Assembly (NCBI GenBank): GCA_020536535.1
Contig: JAHLWZ010000450.1
Location: 1 to 64,000, forward strand
Direction of reading: 5' to 3'
DNA length: 64,000 bases
Origin: Pelomyxa schiedti
Lineage: Eukaryota > Protista > Evosea
Part shown: piece after piece, positions 50,231 to 60,533 of the stretch
Layout: each line of letters begins with the position of its first letter
Position numbering within the stretch: the first letter of the stretch is position 1
Program-made: the position numbers and the translations under genes
The notes under the pieces: model-generated
Database searches by the model: none
The model's input: the letters and a program-made list of their open reading frames with translations, nothing else
Told to the model about the DNA's origin: nothing

Positions 50231-53200
50231 ATGCAGGGTACAGGGAAAGGGACAGGCAAGGCCCGCAAGGCCGCTACTGCAGCAGCAGCGCCACCTCCAC
50301 CACCACCAGCAGCCAACAACCCGCCGACGAGCGCAGCCAAGGGCAAGTCGGCGCCGTCGGGGGCGACCACGGCCACGGCCACTGGGGGAGGGAGCAAGAA
50401 GAAGAAGCCCGCGGCTACGACTTCGACAGCGACTGCGACCGCGACCAAAGCGGTAGTGGCTACTGCTGCTGCCTTGTCTGAACCTACGCCCGCGGCCCCG
50501 GCCCCAGCCCCGGCTCCCACAACCCCTGTTGCTGTTGTTGGAGGCGCCTCCACGACGACGGCAACGGCAACGACCGACCCAGCACCCACAAGTGCCACCA
50601 ACAAGAAGAAAAAGAACAAGAACAAAAAACCCAGCGGCGGTGATACTCAGGCCCAGGCGCAGGCTCAGGCTCAGCCTCCAGCTCTGAATCAACCACCCGA
50701 GCCCAGCACCAGCACCACCACCAGTGCTACTGTTATTGTTGCTGCTACTGTTGCTGTTAGTGATAAACAAGGGGCAACTAACGCTAAATCCAACGCCAAT
50801 GGCAGCAGTGGCAAGGCGAAAAGTAAAAAGGGCGGTGCCACCTCTACCGCCGGTGCTTCTGGTTCTACTGCTGCTGCACAGCAGACACCAGCTACCTCGA
50901 CTGGTGCTACTGCGGCACAGAAGAAACAAACTGCTACTGATGCGCAGGGCACAAAGTCGGCGGATTCTACTGCTAAAGCGGCAAAGGCCTCTGCCGACTC
51001 TTCTGCAGTTCCTGTTTCTTCTGTCAGTGCTGCAACTTCCGCCAGCAGTGGTTCCGGCACTACTGCAACTAGTACTACTACTAGTACTGCTAGTTCTGAA
51101 GCCAAGCCTCGAGATAACTTGCAGGACCAAGGAGTGAAAACAGCCTCTACTTCGGCAAGTGGCACGACACCTCCTGGAAGTCAAGTTAGTGCAACTGGGA
51201 CCACTTCAAAGAAGAAGAAAAAAGGGAAGAAAGCCAAGCCAACTTCATTTGCTGCACATGAGGAGCTTGCATATATTGCTTCTTTTCTTTCTGGCGCCCA
51301 GCCGGCTTCTGCAGTCCAAACCACTTCCACAACCTCTACTGCAACCAGCACCGCTGTTCCTAGTTGCTATGTCAATTGTGGTATACCAGCTACCCTTTTC
51401 GTTGATGAGCATATCCTCATAACAGCTGCTAATACTGCTGAGGTACTTTTTTTTTCCCTCTGTCCTCCATACTTACATTTTGGTAGATCGAAGTGGTGGC
51501 AGATTTGAAATCTCCCATGACAGTTTCAGTGCCTGGAAAAGATGAGATTAACGTTACTGGTATGATTGTGTAGTTCGATTTTGTGCCCTAATTTCGCGTA
51601 GTTTCCCATCTACCTCCATTGACTTTGAGAGTGGAAGTATGTTGCCAAATAATTGTTTGCTTTGCGTAACCAAATTCAGCTTCCTACTACATATCCCTCA
51701 GACGATCCACCTTTGTTTTGTCTCAGGTATACCTTCTTTCTATCAAAATCGGGAGTCGTTTGACTGGTATTAGTTCTTGTTGGCTCACCCTGAGTCAACT
51801 TGCAACCTCCTGTCAGCATTTTGATAGACTGTGGAGCGAGCACCAAAACGAATTTATAATATTAAGGCATGTATATCGGAGAGTCAATTACGTTGACTCA
51901 CATATTTTTGTGTTTTGTAGGTGGATGCAATGGCTGAAAACAGAACTCATTGCTTCTTTGGGAATCAAGAGTGTGAATTTGTCCACTGACGAAGTAGCGA
52001 CTGAAATTGGTTTTTTCTTACTGCGTTGATCTTGTGTGTAACTCTTTTTAGAGGATGCTCGTGCAGTTGTAGAAACTGTGAATGATCAAGCGTTTGGGGT
52101 TGATGTTATGCCATATTTGATAGAATACAACAAGTAACGAACTTCCCTCTTGCAACCCTTTCCGAATCTTAAAAAAAAAAACAAGGAAACAAGCAACAGT
52201 GGTTTTCCGGCGCAGTGCACATACTTGCTCTATATGCCTTACCGACTTCCCTGGGACTGAGTTTTCAGAACTGGGTGACTGTGGGCACATGTTTTGCAAT
52301 GATTGCATGCGCACATTCTGGTATTACAGTGACTCTGTATCTTTGGCTTTTCTAACTCCTTCATAGTGCAACCCATATCACCAGTGGTGAAATCGAGTTG
52401 TTACATTGCCCTCAGACAGGATGCAACAAAGATATAGATCCGAATGTAATACGGAGCTTAGTATCTCCAGAACAATATGCGAGGTTCTTGAATGAAAGTT
52501 CAGTTGTCCATGTTTATTCTTTGCAGATACGAACACTTTTTGATTACCAAATCAATGGAGGGAAGACCCGATGTTACTTGGTGTCCTCGCTGTCAGCACA
52601 CAGGTTGGTTTGTTGTTGAGTATACAACCTTATCCAATGTGTTGTAGTTATTGGAGATCTTCACCTCCAGCTTGGGCCTTGCTTATACTGTCATTACAGT
52701 TTTTGTTTGAAATGCAGATCTGGATGGTTCCTATCTTCCTCACTTCTTCCTTTCTCACAACAGTAAAGGCATGCCAAAACACCATGTGTAAGAGTGGAAG
52801 GTACAAATATTCACCCGTGCAGCTTTTTTTTGTTTGTAAAAACCGCTTACAGAACGCCTTGCAAAAATCATTGCACAGGAGCGCCTTGCTACTACAAAAG
52901 AGATGGCAGCCAAGTTAGCAAAGTACCCAAGGGAAAAAAATGCATTTCCTCTCCACTTAAGGTAAATAGGAGACGAAAGGAAGTAGAACTTGAAATCAAA
53001 GACTTGGACTGGATCAAGGCCAATACCAAAGTCTGTCCACACTGTCACATTGCCATTGAAAAGACCTCTGGCTGTATGGCTTGAGGTAAACAGCGTGGAG
53101 TTGCTCACGGTGTAAACTAGGTAACCACATGTACTGCCAACATTGTGGAAAAGAGTTCTGCTACCACTGCTGCGCCAAGATTGTGGGCTATTCTCATTTC

Positions 53201-53498
53201 TCAGAAAGCAACTGTTTTCTATTCCACTACCCTGAAACGGAAGTTGTATGTGTTCCCATAATTAGGGGTTACCCGTATTGATGGTGTTGTCTAAATTACA
53301 TTGTAGCTTCGCCCCCGCTTTGCTCCACCACCAAGGCGTGAGAACCCAAAAATGCGAGAGAAGCTCCAGACACTCCCCAGCGGCCATCCCGACCTATACT
53401 CATGCCCAAGGTGCAAGTACCGCCATGCCAAAGTAGAGCCCAACAACCAGGTTTCTTGCATGAACTGCAAGCTCATGTTCTGCTTCCTATGTCTGCAG
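50231..53498 (+). CDS. RNF14/ARA54-like RBR E3 ubiquitin ligase (RWD-RING1-IBR-Rcat), main portion
   Basis: RWD (SHLPPLTL, LPTTYPSDDPP, SCWLT, WMQWLK), RING1 (CSIC...CGHMFCNDC...CP), IBR (WCPRC...CLYCHYSFCLKC) and Rcat (CPHCHIAIEKTSG|CNHMYC..CGKEFC). The last + strand exon ends at a GT donor (53499). Confidence 0.88.
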
Positions 53499-53650
53499 GT
53501 CTGTTACTGTCAATCTCCACTCAAAACAAAGACTAATCTAATGGCGAACTACCAAACAACAACCAATTGAATTTACAACAACAAACAACACACCAAGCAC
53601 AAAAAACAAGCGCTGCTTATGATCACACACATTCGCAAAAAAAAAAAAAG

Positions 53651-54009
53651 ATTGGAAGTTTTATTGTATCATCACTTATGCGCCTGTCAATTCCTTCCGT
53701 TTTCTGCTGTTATATAAGAGTGTCATTTCCCTATAACTTCCACAACGTTCTAATTGCGTTGGCTTTTGGTCTTGCCTTCACAGTCTCCTTACTGGAAGTT
53801 CCAATATGCTTCATCACCATGAAAATGTACTTCGACCCCAATTCTCCCAGTTTTGATTTTTCTCATTTTAACCCAGATTATCTGGTTCCTTTGTGTATAT
53901 TTCCTTTGCCCTGATTATCATTGGGGCACTTCCCTATCTCCTTCCTGCCTACTTGTTTATAAGCCTAGAGCTAAGGGCCCGTCAACTCCAACGTCCAATG
54001 CTACCCTAA
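53651..54009 (+). CDS. Terminal exons of the SLC43-like MFS transporter, lying on the strand opposite to the rest of the gene
   Basis: After the AG at 53649-50: IGSFIVSSLMRLSIPSVFCCYIRVSFPYNFHNVLIALAFGLAFTVSLLEVPICF, then LSGSFVYISFALIIIGALPYLLPAYLF...*. These match the last TM helices and continue ...SYLPLQ in phase 0. Confidence 0.75.
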
Positions 54010-54220
54010 AATAGCACCCAACACCACACCCACTTGTGAAAAACCAAAAATTCAGAAAACAATAAATTTTTAAATTGAAAAATCAAAACAAAAGAGAGGA
54101 AGGCACAACTCTGTGTGCTCTGATAGATGAATTAGAAACTTTCTCATCTGTTGTTTTTCAACTGGGGCAATTAGAGCCAAGGGAAGCACCCTTTACAGCG
54201 TCAAAAGGGTGGAGTCTACA

Positions 54221-54556
54221 TCACCAGCCCCAGCGAGCCAGTTGCCTCTTTTCCTTCTTGATGCAAACCTCGTCCTCAAGGTCGTCGGCGTCCTCGTCCC
54301 ACTCCGCATCCACGTCCTCGATGTACTGTGCGGATTCGAGCTTGGGCGGGGGCGCGACGGGGCCGCGCTGAGCTTCCTCGGCGATGTACTCCTCGTCGTC
54401 GGGCTTGAGGACGACCTTCTTGGCAGCCCCCCAGTGTTGCTGGGACGCCAGCCGGAAGACCGCGGGGGCCTTGGCCCTGGTCACGGGTGTCCCAAGGGGT
54501 GTGTGCTGCTTACAGCCCCCTTTGATGTTGAAGTGATCCCGGGTAGCCGCAATTGG
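54221..54556 (-). CDS. Terminal exon of the RBR ligase, lying on the strand opposite to the rest of the gene
   Basis: Preceded by a gctaac branch-like motif and a ttttttcacag acceptor. Reads PIAATRDHFNIKGGCKQHT..., continuing ...FCFLCLQ in phase 0. Confidence 0.75.
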   Translation of the reverse strand, partial: PIAATRDHFNIKGGCKQHTPLGTPVTRAKAPAVFRLASQQHWGAAKKVVLKPDDEEYIAEEAQRGPVAPPPKLESAQYIEDVDAEWDEDADDLEDEVCIKKEKRQLARWGW

Positions 54557-54660
54557 CTGTGAAAAAAGAATGTTAGCGGGGACGGGGGCGGGGGAGGGGT
54601 TTTTTTTTTTTTTTTTGAATTGATTAAAGAGATGGCGAAAAGGCAAATTTGGAAAGAAAC

Positions 54661-56706
54661 CTGCAAAGGAAGGTAGGAGACAAGAATGAAAATACACCAA
54701 ATAGTGAAAAGACAAGTGGTAAAAAGGAAAAGCATCTGTAAGGTCATAAGCTGTACCAAGAACATAGAAAAAATAAATACAAACGAGGAGAGGAATGTGG
54801 TCAACAGTCCATCTTTATGTTGGGACAATGAATTTTTTTTATAATTTCTGGGAATGGAAACCCATAAAATGGCAGTAAAATAATCCCACTTTGATTGAGG
54901 ATTGTAAATAGCGTAAGCATTGAGTTATCTTGAGCACCCATATCTGGAAAGAAAAAAAAAACTTGAGTGTCCCACAAGCTATCCATTTCCTACCTAAAAG
55001 AATCAGAGGTGCCATCCCAGAAAACACCACAACGAGGAGGTATCCAACACTTATATAGATCAATCCAAGAACGTACCGAGGACTCCATGCAAGAGATAGG
55101 ATGGTCCGGAACCTAGACTGCTACACATATTTTAGAAGGTACAGCAACCCAAGTAATGCCGACCTGAGGGGGTATAGAGCTCAGTGAAGCAGAAGCGGAA
55201 TCATTCATGGGACCTTCCAAGGGCACGAACCCAAGGGTATTCTTGGCGCAAATTGATTTGATTTTATCCATCATTTGGCGAAATTCAAACCCAATAGTGG
55301 CGTAATCACCTGGCACGTGGCACTTTTTGGTTGATCAATATTCTTGTGTGTAATTTGGGTCTCCCATTCCCCAGAAGTAACAAAAGTCATACCGTACCGT
55401 TGATGGGAAAAACAATGTCACGCCAATAGACCAGACAACAATTGACAGTATTGTGTAACTGCCAAACAATACATGGGTGCTCACACCAAGTTGAAAGTAC
55501 AGTATCTGCATCAGGTCAAATCATAAAAACTAAGAGAAACATGTGCACCTGCATAATTAAAAAACCAAAACTTCTCCTGGTGAGTGTATCACTCTTCTGA
55601 TAGATATGAAGAGGTACCTTCCCATGGAAAAAGCTGAACAAATCAAACTTATTGCAATATTGGGCCGACAAAATATATTTCCCATGTGTAAGGAGGCCAT
55701 GAAAAAGCCTGCCCCGCCTTCGACACAATGAGAAGTGAAGTATGGTGGCCATTCCTTACATACCGAATGCAATGAAGAAGAAAGCTGCCCCATAAGCATT
55801 AAATACTTGGTAATCAGCAAAAGTCCATAATATGGCGCCCAGACTGTGAAACTGAGCATGATAAGAGAAGTTCAGCATGGAAACGTCGTTTACCAATCCA
55901 CTTATAAGGCACACGAATTTTGGTCCACAGTTATCTACAGCCCATGCACAACTGAAAAATGACAGTGCAGTTCCTACGTGTAGTCCGTCACCAACGGTAA
56001 CTTCAAATGAAACCAGTCAGCATACCAAGAACTGCAAAAGCATAGAGGTAGCTCAGGTCAATTTCCTGCTGCACACATGTCCCATTCTCAAACACACACC
56101 CATCAGAAAAAACGCCACTATCTTTTTGGATAACGAAAAAAAAATGAGCAACTCTTTAAAAAACAAAGACGAGGATATACCTTTGAGAATCAGATACAAC
56201 GAGGGCATGCCAAAAACATACCCGCTGAGCAACCCCACCGCCCCCACGTGGAAAAGTAGCGACACGGAATCACTTGTGGGAGGGCACCGGCAAACCCTGG
56301 CCCCGGACAACTTGGTCGCCGCCCTCCCTCCCCTGCCCCCTCCCCGTCCCATAATCCCGGCGCCGCCGCCGCCCCCTGCCCCTCCGCCACCGACGCCCTC
56401 CATCAAAGAGAACGCCGAGGGCAACGACGGCGACGAGGACGAGGCCGAGGCGCCGAGCGAGACGGAGGAGCCGCCCGCGGCGGCGTCGGCGAGCGCCATC
56501 GCCACCCCCACGTCGGCGGCGGACTTCTGCGCGTGGGTCCTGGGGCCTCGGCGCCACTCGCGCTCTATTCGGCGCTTCTCGTCGCGGCGCTTGCTCTCGA
56601 GCCCTATGGCCTTGAGAGCGGCCAGGGTCTCCTGACGATCGCGTGCGTCGCCGACGTGCTCCACGCAGCACGCGTCGTTGAGCGCGTCCGCGGTTTCGGC
56701 TGACAT
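54661..56706 (-). CDS. MFS transporter, SLC43 (LAT3/4)/Fmp42-like, main portion
   Basis: GLLSGYVFGMPSLYLILK|DSGVFSDGC...CVQQEIDL and AVDNCGPK, with several hydrophobic exons. The last minus-strand exon ends ILVSYLPLQ at a GT donor (54660). Confidence 0.75.
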
Positions 56707-57096
56707 GAAAGTCGGTGCTGGCCTTGTTTTTTTTTCTGTTGGTGATTTGTAAAAACGCCAAACGAGATTTGAAAGGAAAACGGAAGAAGGTTGTTGGATT
56801 TGGGATACAGATTGCTGCCAGCTGTTGAAAAGATGCTCAACGAGGTGAATTCCTGCGACAGCGACCAGCCACTTCGGCATTGCCACCTCGCACTTCGAAC
56901 TGGCAATCTCATCACCAGGGCTCAACTTCTCACTCACTTTGACAATCACCAGCGATGACAGGTCGTTCTTCGCACTCACAAACCACTTGCCATTTGCTCT
57001 GGCTTACCCATGGCTGCGCGACCCTCAGTCATGCAGTGGCCAGTATCTGGGCTCCTGAGAGTGTACGAAAGTGGGAGCCGCTGTACAGCCTCCACG

Positions 57097-57321
57097 TGTA
57101 AGACAAGCCCTTGTGGGTGTCCGAAGCGAAAGTCGGCAAGCGAACAAAAAGTGTTCTCTCTTATATTTCTATAACTATTCTAATCCTTTAGGATAGTTCT
57201 AAACAGTGACTGTGTGTGTGGTGATGTCACTGGCGACTGCTGATTGAACTATAGCCGATCTGGTCCGGTTTGGGTGGGTGTGATTTAGGTCTGCTGGATG
57301 TGGGTTCTGAAACGGCCTACA
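57097..57321 (-). repeat. 3' LTR
   Basis: Direct repeat of 60106-60329. By manual alignment: 8 substitutions and 1 indel, ~96% identity. Confidence 0.93.
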
Positions 57322-57336
57322 CGTTCCCTCCCTTTC
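57322..57336 (-). other. Polypurine tract
   Basis: GAAAGGGAGGGAACG on the minus strand, immediately before the 3' LTR. Confidence 0.8.
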
Positions 57337-57362
57337 AAACCCGGCGCGTGGGTGGGCTACGG

Positions 57363-59557
57363 CTATCCCTCATTGGCGTGAATGAGCCCTTTCCTGGCGG
57401 GCCCTGGCTTTGTACTCCTTGATGAGTGCCCCACACCCTGTACAATCCTCTTCGTACTGCCATGTGTTGTGCTCATCACCCAGGCCCTTCCACTGAACGA
57501 GGAACTGCCTGCCATGGCTCTTCCACCTTTCTCCAACGATGGCCTCCATCTCCTTCTGCCCTGGGCTCGCGTGTGTATAGTGTCATCCCCCTGCGGTGGG
57601 GACCTTTTGGGGTCGAGGTCGTGCTGGGTGTCTGGTGGATCCTCCGTTTCGGCATCGTCTCCTCGTTCGTGCTGCGTTTGGTCGTCGGCTTGTGACCTCC
57701 AGTCGTCTCTCTGTTCGGGGGTCTCATTGTGGCTTGTGTGCACCTCACCCCCCGCCCTTTCCGGCCCCTCCTCGGGTATTGCGTGGCACTTGCATAGATG
57801 CCCCAAGTTTACCAGTTTCGGGGACTTCTGGCCGTCCATAGTCTCGAGCCTGGCAGCCCAATTCACGGGGAGACTTGTGATGCGGTACGGGCCCTTCCAC
57901 TTGTTGGCCAGTTTGCCTAGCTCCCTGTCCTTGTGTCCGCCTGTCCGTAGGACATACACTAGATCCCCTACCCTGAACTTCCTTTCTGTGGCTGTTGTGG
58001 CTTTGGTGCGCTCGTCATCCCATGCCTGCCATATGAGCTCTGCTGTCCGTTGCGCCAGCCGCCACGCTTCCCGTACCTTCTTGGTCACCCTTTCGGCTTG
58101 CCCGCCAACCAAGACCTCCTCACCCGTCCCAGCCATCGCCCCTGGAGTCCGGGCATCCCTCCCATGCTCGAGGTAGAAAGGTGAAAATCCTGTTGCTCTG
58201 CTAGTTGCCGTGCGGTACGCAAATGTCATCATTGGCAGGAGCTCATCCCAATTGTCCTTATCCTTGCCAGCGTGTATACGCAGCATTTCCACCAGTATGT
58301 GGTTGTACCGCTCAGTTTTCCCATCGGCCTGAGGGTGATACGCCGTCGTCTTCCTCTGTTCGATGTGTAGTGCCGTGCATAGCCCTTCCATGATCCGGGT
58401 CACAAAGTGGGAGCCCGATCACTAATGATCACACGTGGGACACCCCTTTGGCACACCCAATTCCTTAGCACTGCCCGTACTGCTGACTCGGCGTCCGGGT
58501 GTTTTGTGGCCTTCAATTCCACGTCTCCTGTCAAGTGGTCGATCATCACGAGGATATACGCATTCCCTCGTCTGGTGGATCTCAGTGGTCCGATGAAGTC
58601 CATACTCATGACCTCCCCAGGTTCACCTGGCACCGCCATTGGGAAGCCCACAGCTGCCCCTTTCCGGGCCGGCACCTTGGCCACCTTGCACTCGTGACAG
58701 CTGTTGCAGTGGCGAGTAATGTCTGCCCCCATGTTTGGCCACCAGAAATGGCCTTTGATGCGGTCCAACGTATATGCTTCGGAAAGATGACCCGCGAAGA
58801 TGCTGGCGTGGTTATCCTGCATTACCTGTCCCCTCATGATCGTTGGAACAACCACCGAGCGGTAGATCAGTTTCCTCCGGTGGTTCGCCTCCTTGTGGTG
58901 CAGTATTCCTTCGCAGACCTCAAAGTCCGCCCTTTCCAGGTCTAAGTGGTGCAGGTCCTTTGGCAAGGGTGATCCCCCTAGCCATGCTGATAGCGCTTGG
59001 CAGTCGGTGTCTGTTGCTTGCGCCTCCTTCCACCCAACCAAGTTGTCCCCCAACGCCGCAACAACAAACACTCGTGGCATCCTGCTGATTGTGTCCACAT
59101 CCCCCGACTGCTTTCCCGGCCTAAATTCCACTACAGCCCCATAATCATCCAGCAGTATTTGCCAGTGGGCAACCCTGGCACACGGGTGTTCCTGGTTCTG
59201 CATCCAGGTTAGGGCTTTGTTGTCTGTCTTGACAACACATCCGACTCCGTGTATATAGCTGCGGAATTTCTTAAGTGCCCACACGACTGCCGCCGCCTCT
59301 AGCTCACACACGGTATCGTACTTCTTTTCGTGGGGCGTGGTGACCCTGCTTGCAAGCTCGATAATGCGTTCCGCTCCCTTCGCGTCCATTTGTACCAGCG
59401 CGGCCCCCATTCCCACCTTGCTAGCGTCCGTGTGAATTTCCAGCCTGAACTCTGAGCTGTAATCTGGGTACTCAAGCAGGAGTTTCTCGGCAATTAGGTG
59501 CTTAATGTGTGTGAACGCTTCCTCGCAGCGCTCATCCCACACCCATGGTGCCGCCAC
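57363..59557 (-). pseudogene. Truncated pol: RT connection/RNase H + integrase, with a frameshift near 58403
   Basis: IHTDASKVGMGAAL, ELEAAAVVWAL and VKTDNKAL (RNase H). H..GH...C..C Zn finger. SMDFIGP, IISDR, YHPQADGKTER (DDE) and KWKGPY. Confidence 0.9.
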
Positions 59558-59770
59558 CCTTTTATCGAGCTACGAAACAGTTGATTAGTCCGCTCAGTCG
59601 TCAGCCGCCTCATTGAACTGTTGCATGAGTGACGAGTCGGCTGCGTCGCGCGTTGTAACCTCGACTGTACGGTCCCCTTCCTTGTGGGTGGTTGGTGTGG
59701 CCCCCAGAGGATGTCGCACCTCCTTGGAAACACTGCTTGTGCTGGGTGTTTTCTCTTGTGTGGCCTGCAC

Positions 59771-60090
59771 TAATCGATCCCTGTTATGCCTATTACACCC
59801 AAGAACCACAGCGGGAACGCCCGCACTAACGTGGCAGAGAGCAGCAAAGCAGCGGCAAGGGTATCCAACACGACCACAAGACTGGGAGTGGGCCAAGAAA
59901 AAGAAGAGCCGCCACAATGTTCTCGGTGCGGTGTCGTCTGCCCTGGCACCTGTTTCCATTACGGCCCCCCCACTCCCAGTCTTGTGGCCATGTTGGATAC
60001 CCTTGCCGCTGCTTTGCTGCTCTCTGCCACGTTAGTGCGGGTGTTCCTGCTGTGGTTCTTGGGTGTAATAGGCATAACAGGGATCGATTA
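59771..60090. repeat. Long inverted repeat: 122-bp arms (59771-59892 and 59969-60090) with a 76-bp spacer
   Basis: Arms are reverse complements with 4 mismatches by manual comparison. Confidence 0.92.
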
Positions 60091-60095
60091 AAGCA

Positions 60096-60103
60096 CTCCA
60101 CCA
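60096..60103 (-). promoter_or_regulatory. Primer-binding site, tRNA-Ala-like (TGGTGGAG)
   Basis: Starts 2 nt after the 5' LTR and is complementary to a ...CTCCACCA tRNA 3' end. Confidence 0.6.
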
Positions 60104-60105
60104 CG

Positions 60106-60329
60106 TGTAAGACAAGCCCTTGTGGGTGTCCGAAGCGAAAGTCGGCAAGTGAATAAAAAGTGTTCTCTCTTATTTTCTATAACTATTCTAATCCTTTAGG
60201 ATAGTTCTAAACAGTGACTGTGTGTGTGGTGATGTCACTGGCGACTGCTGATAGAACTATAGACGATCTGGTCTGGTTTGGGTGAGTGTGATTTAGGTCT
60301 GCTGGATGTGGGTTCCGAAACAGCCTACA
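60106..60329 (-). repeat. 5' LTR
   Basis: Direct repeat of 57097-57321 with TG...CA ends. Confidence 0.93.
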
Positions 60330-60533
60330 CACCAAGCAGTGATTGTTTCTCGCCAACAAGTAGAAGCCGGGCTGCTTGAGTGAACTCCAACATCACCCAT
60401 TGCATATCTGGGTCAATGGGCAGAAGTTTTTTACCTATCAAAAAGTACATACTTCCACCCCAACAAAAACTTCCGCCCAGGTGGAGGTATGCACTTTTTG
60501 GTCTGAGAAAAAGTTTTTAAGTTTTAAGCCAAC

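Larger units (their letters stand above)
57097..60329 (-). mobile_element. Internally deleted, non-autonomous Ty3/Gypsy LTR retrotransposon
   Basis: Two ~225-bp LTRs (TGTA...TACA), a PBS, a PPT, and RNase H followed by integrase (Gypsy order). No recognisable gag, protease or RT core. Confidence 0.93.

Noticed and set aside
50012-51184. Long antisense ORFs over GC-rich exons (also 2040-2630 and 55877-56635)
   Set aside because: Expected shadows of low-complexity GC-rich coding sequence, with no domain motifs.
56760-60390. Possible RAG2-like partner beside the transposase
   Set aside because: The flanking remnant has no recognisable Kelch (GG...Y...W) repeats and is interrupted by stops.
60463-60471. 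ACAAAAACT resembling an RSS nonamer next to the RAG1-like relic
   Set aside because: No CACAGTG-like heptamer at 12- or 23-bp spacing, and A-rich 9-mers are common here.
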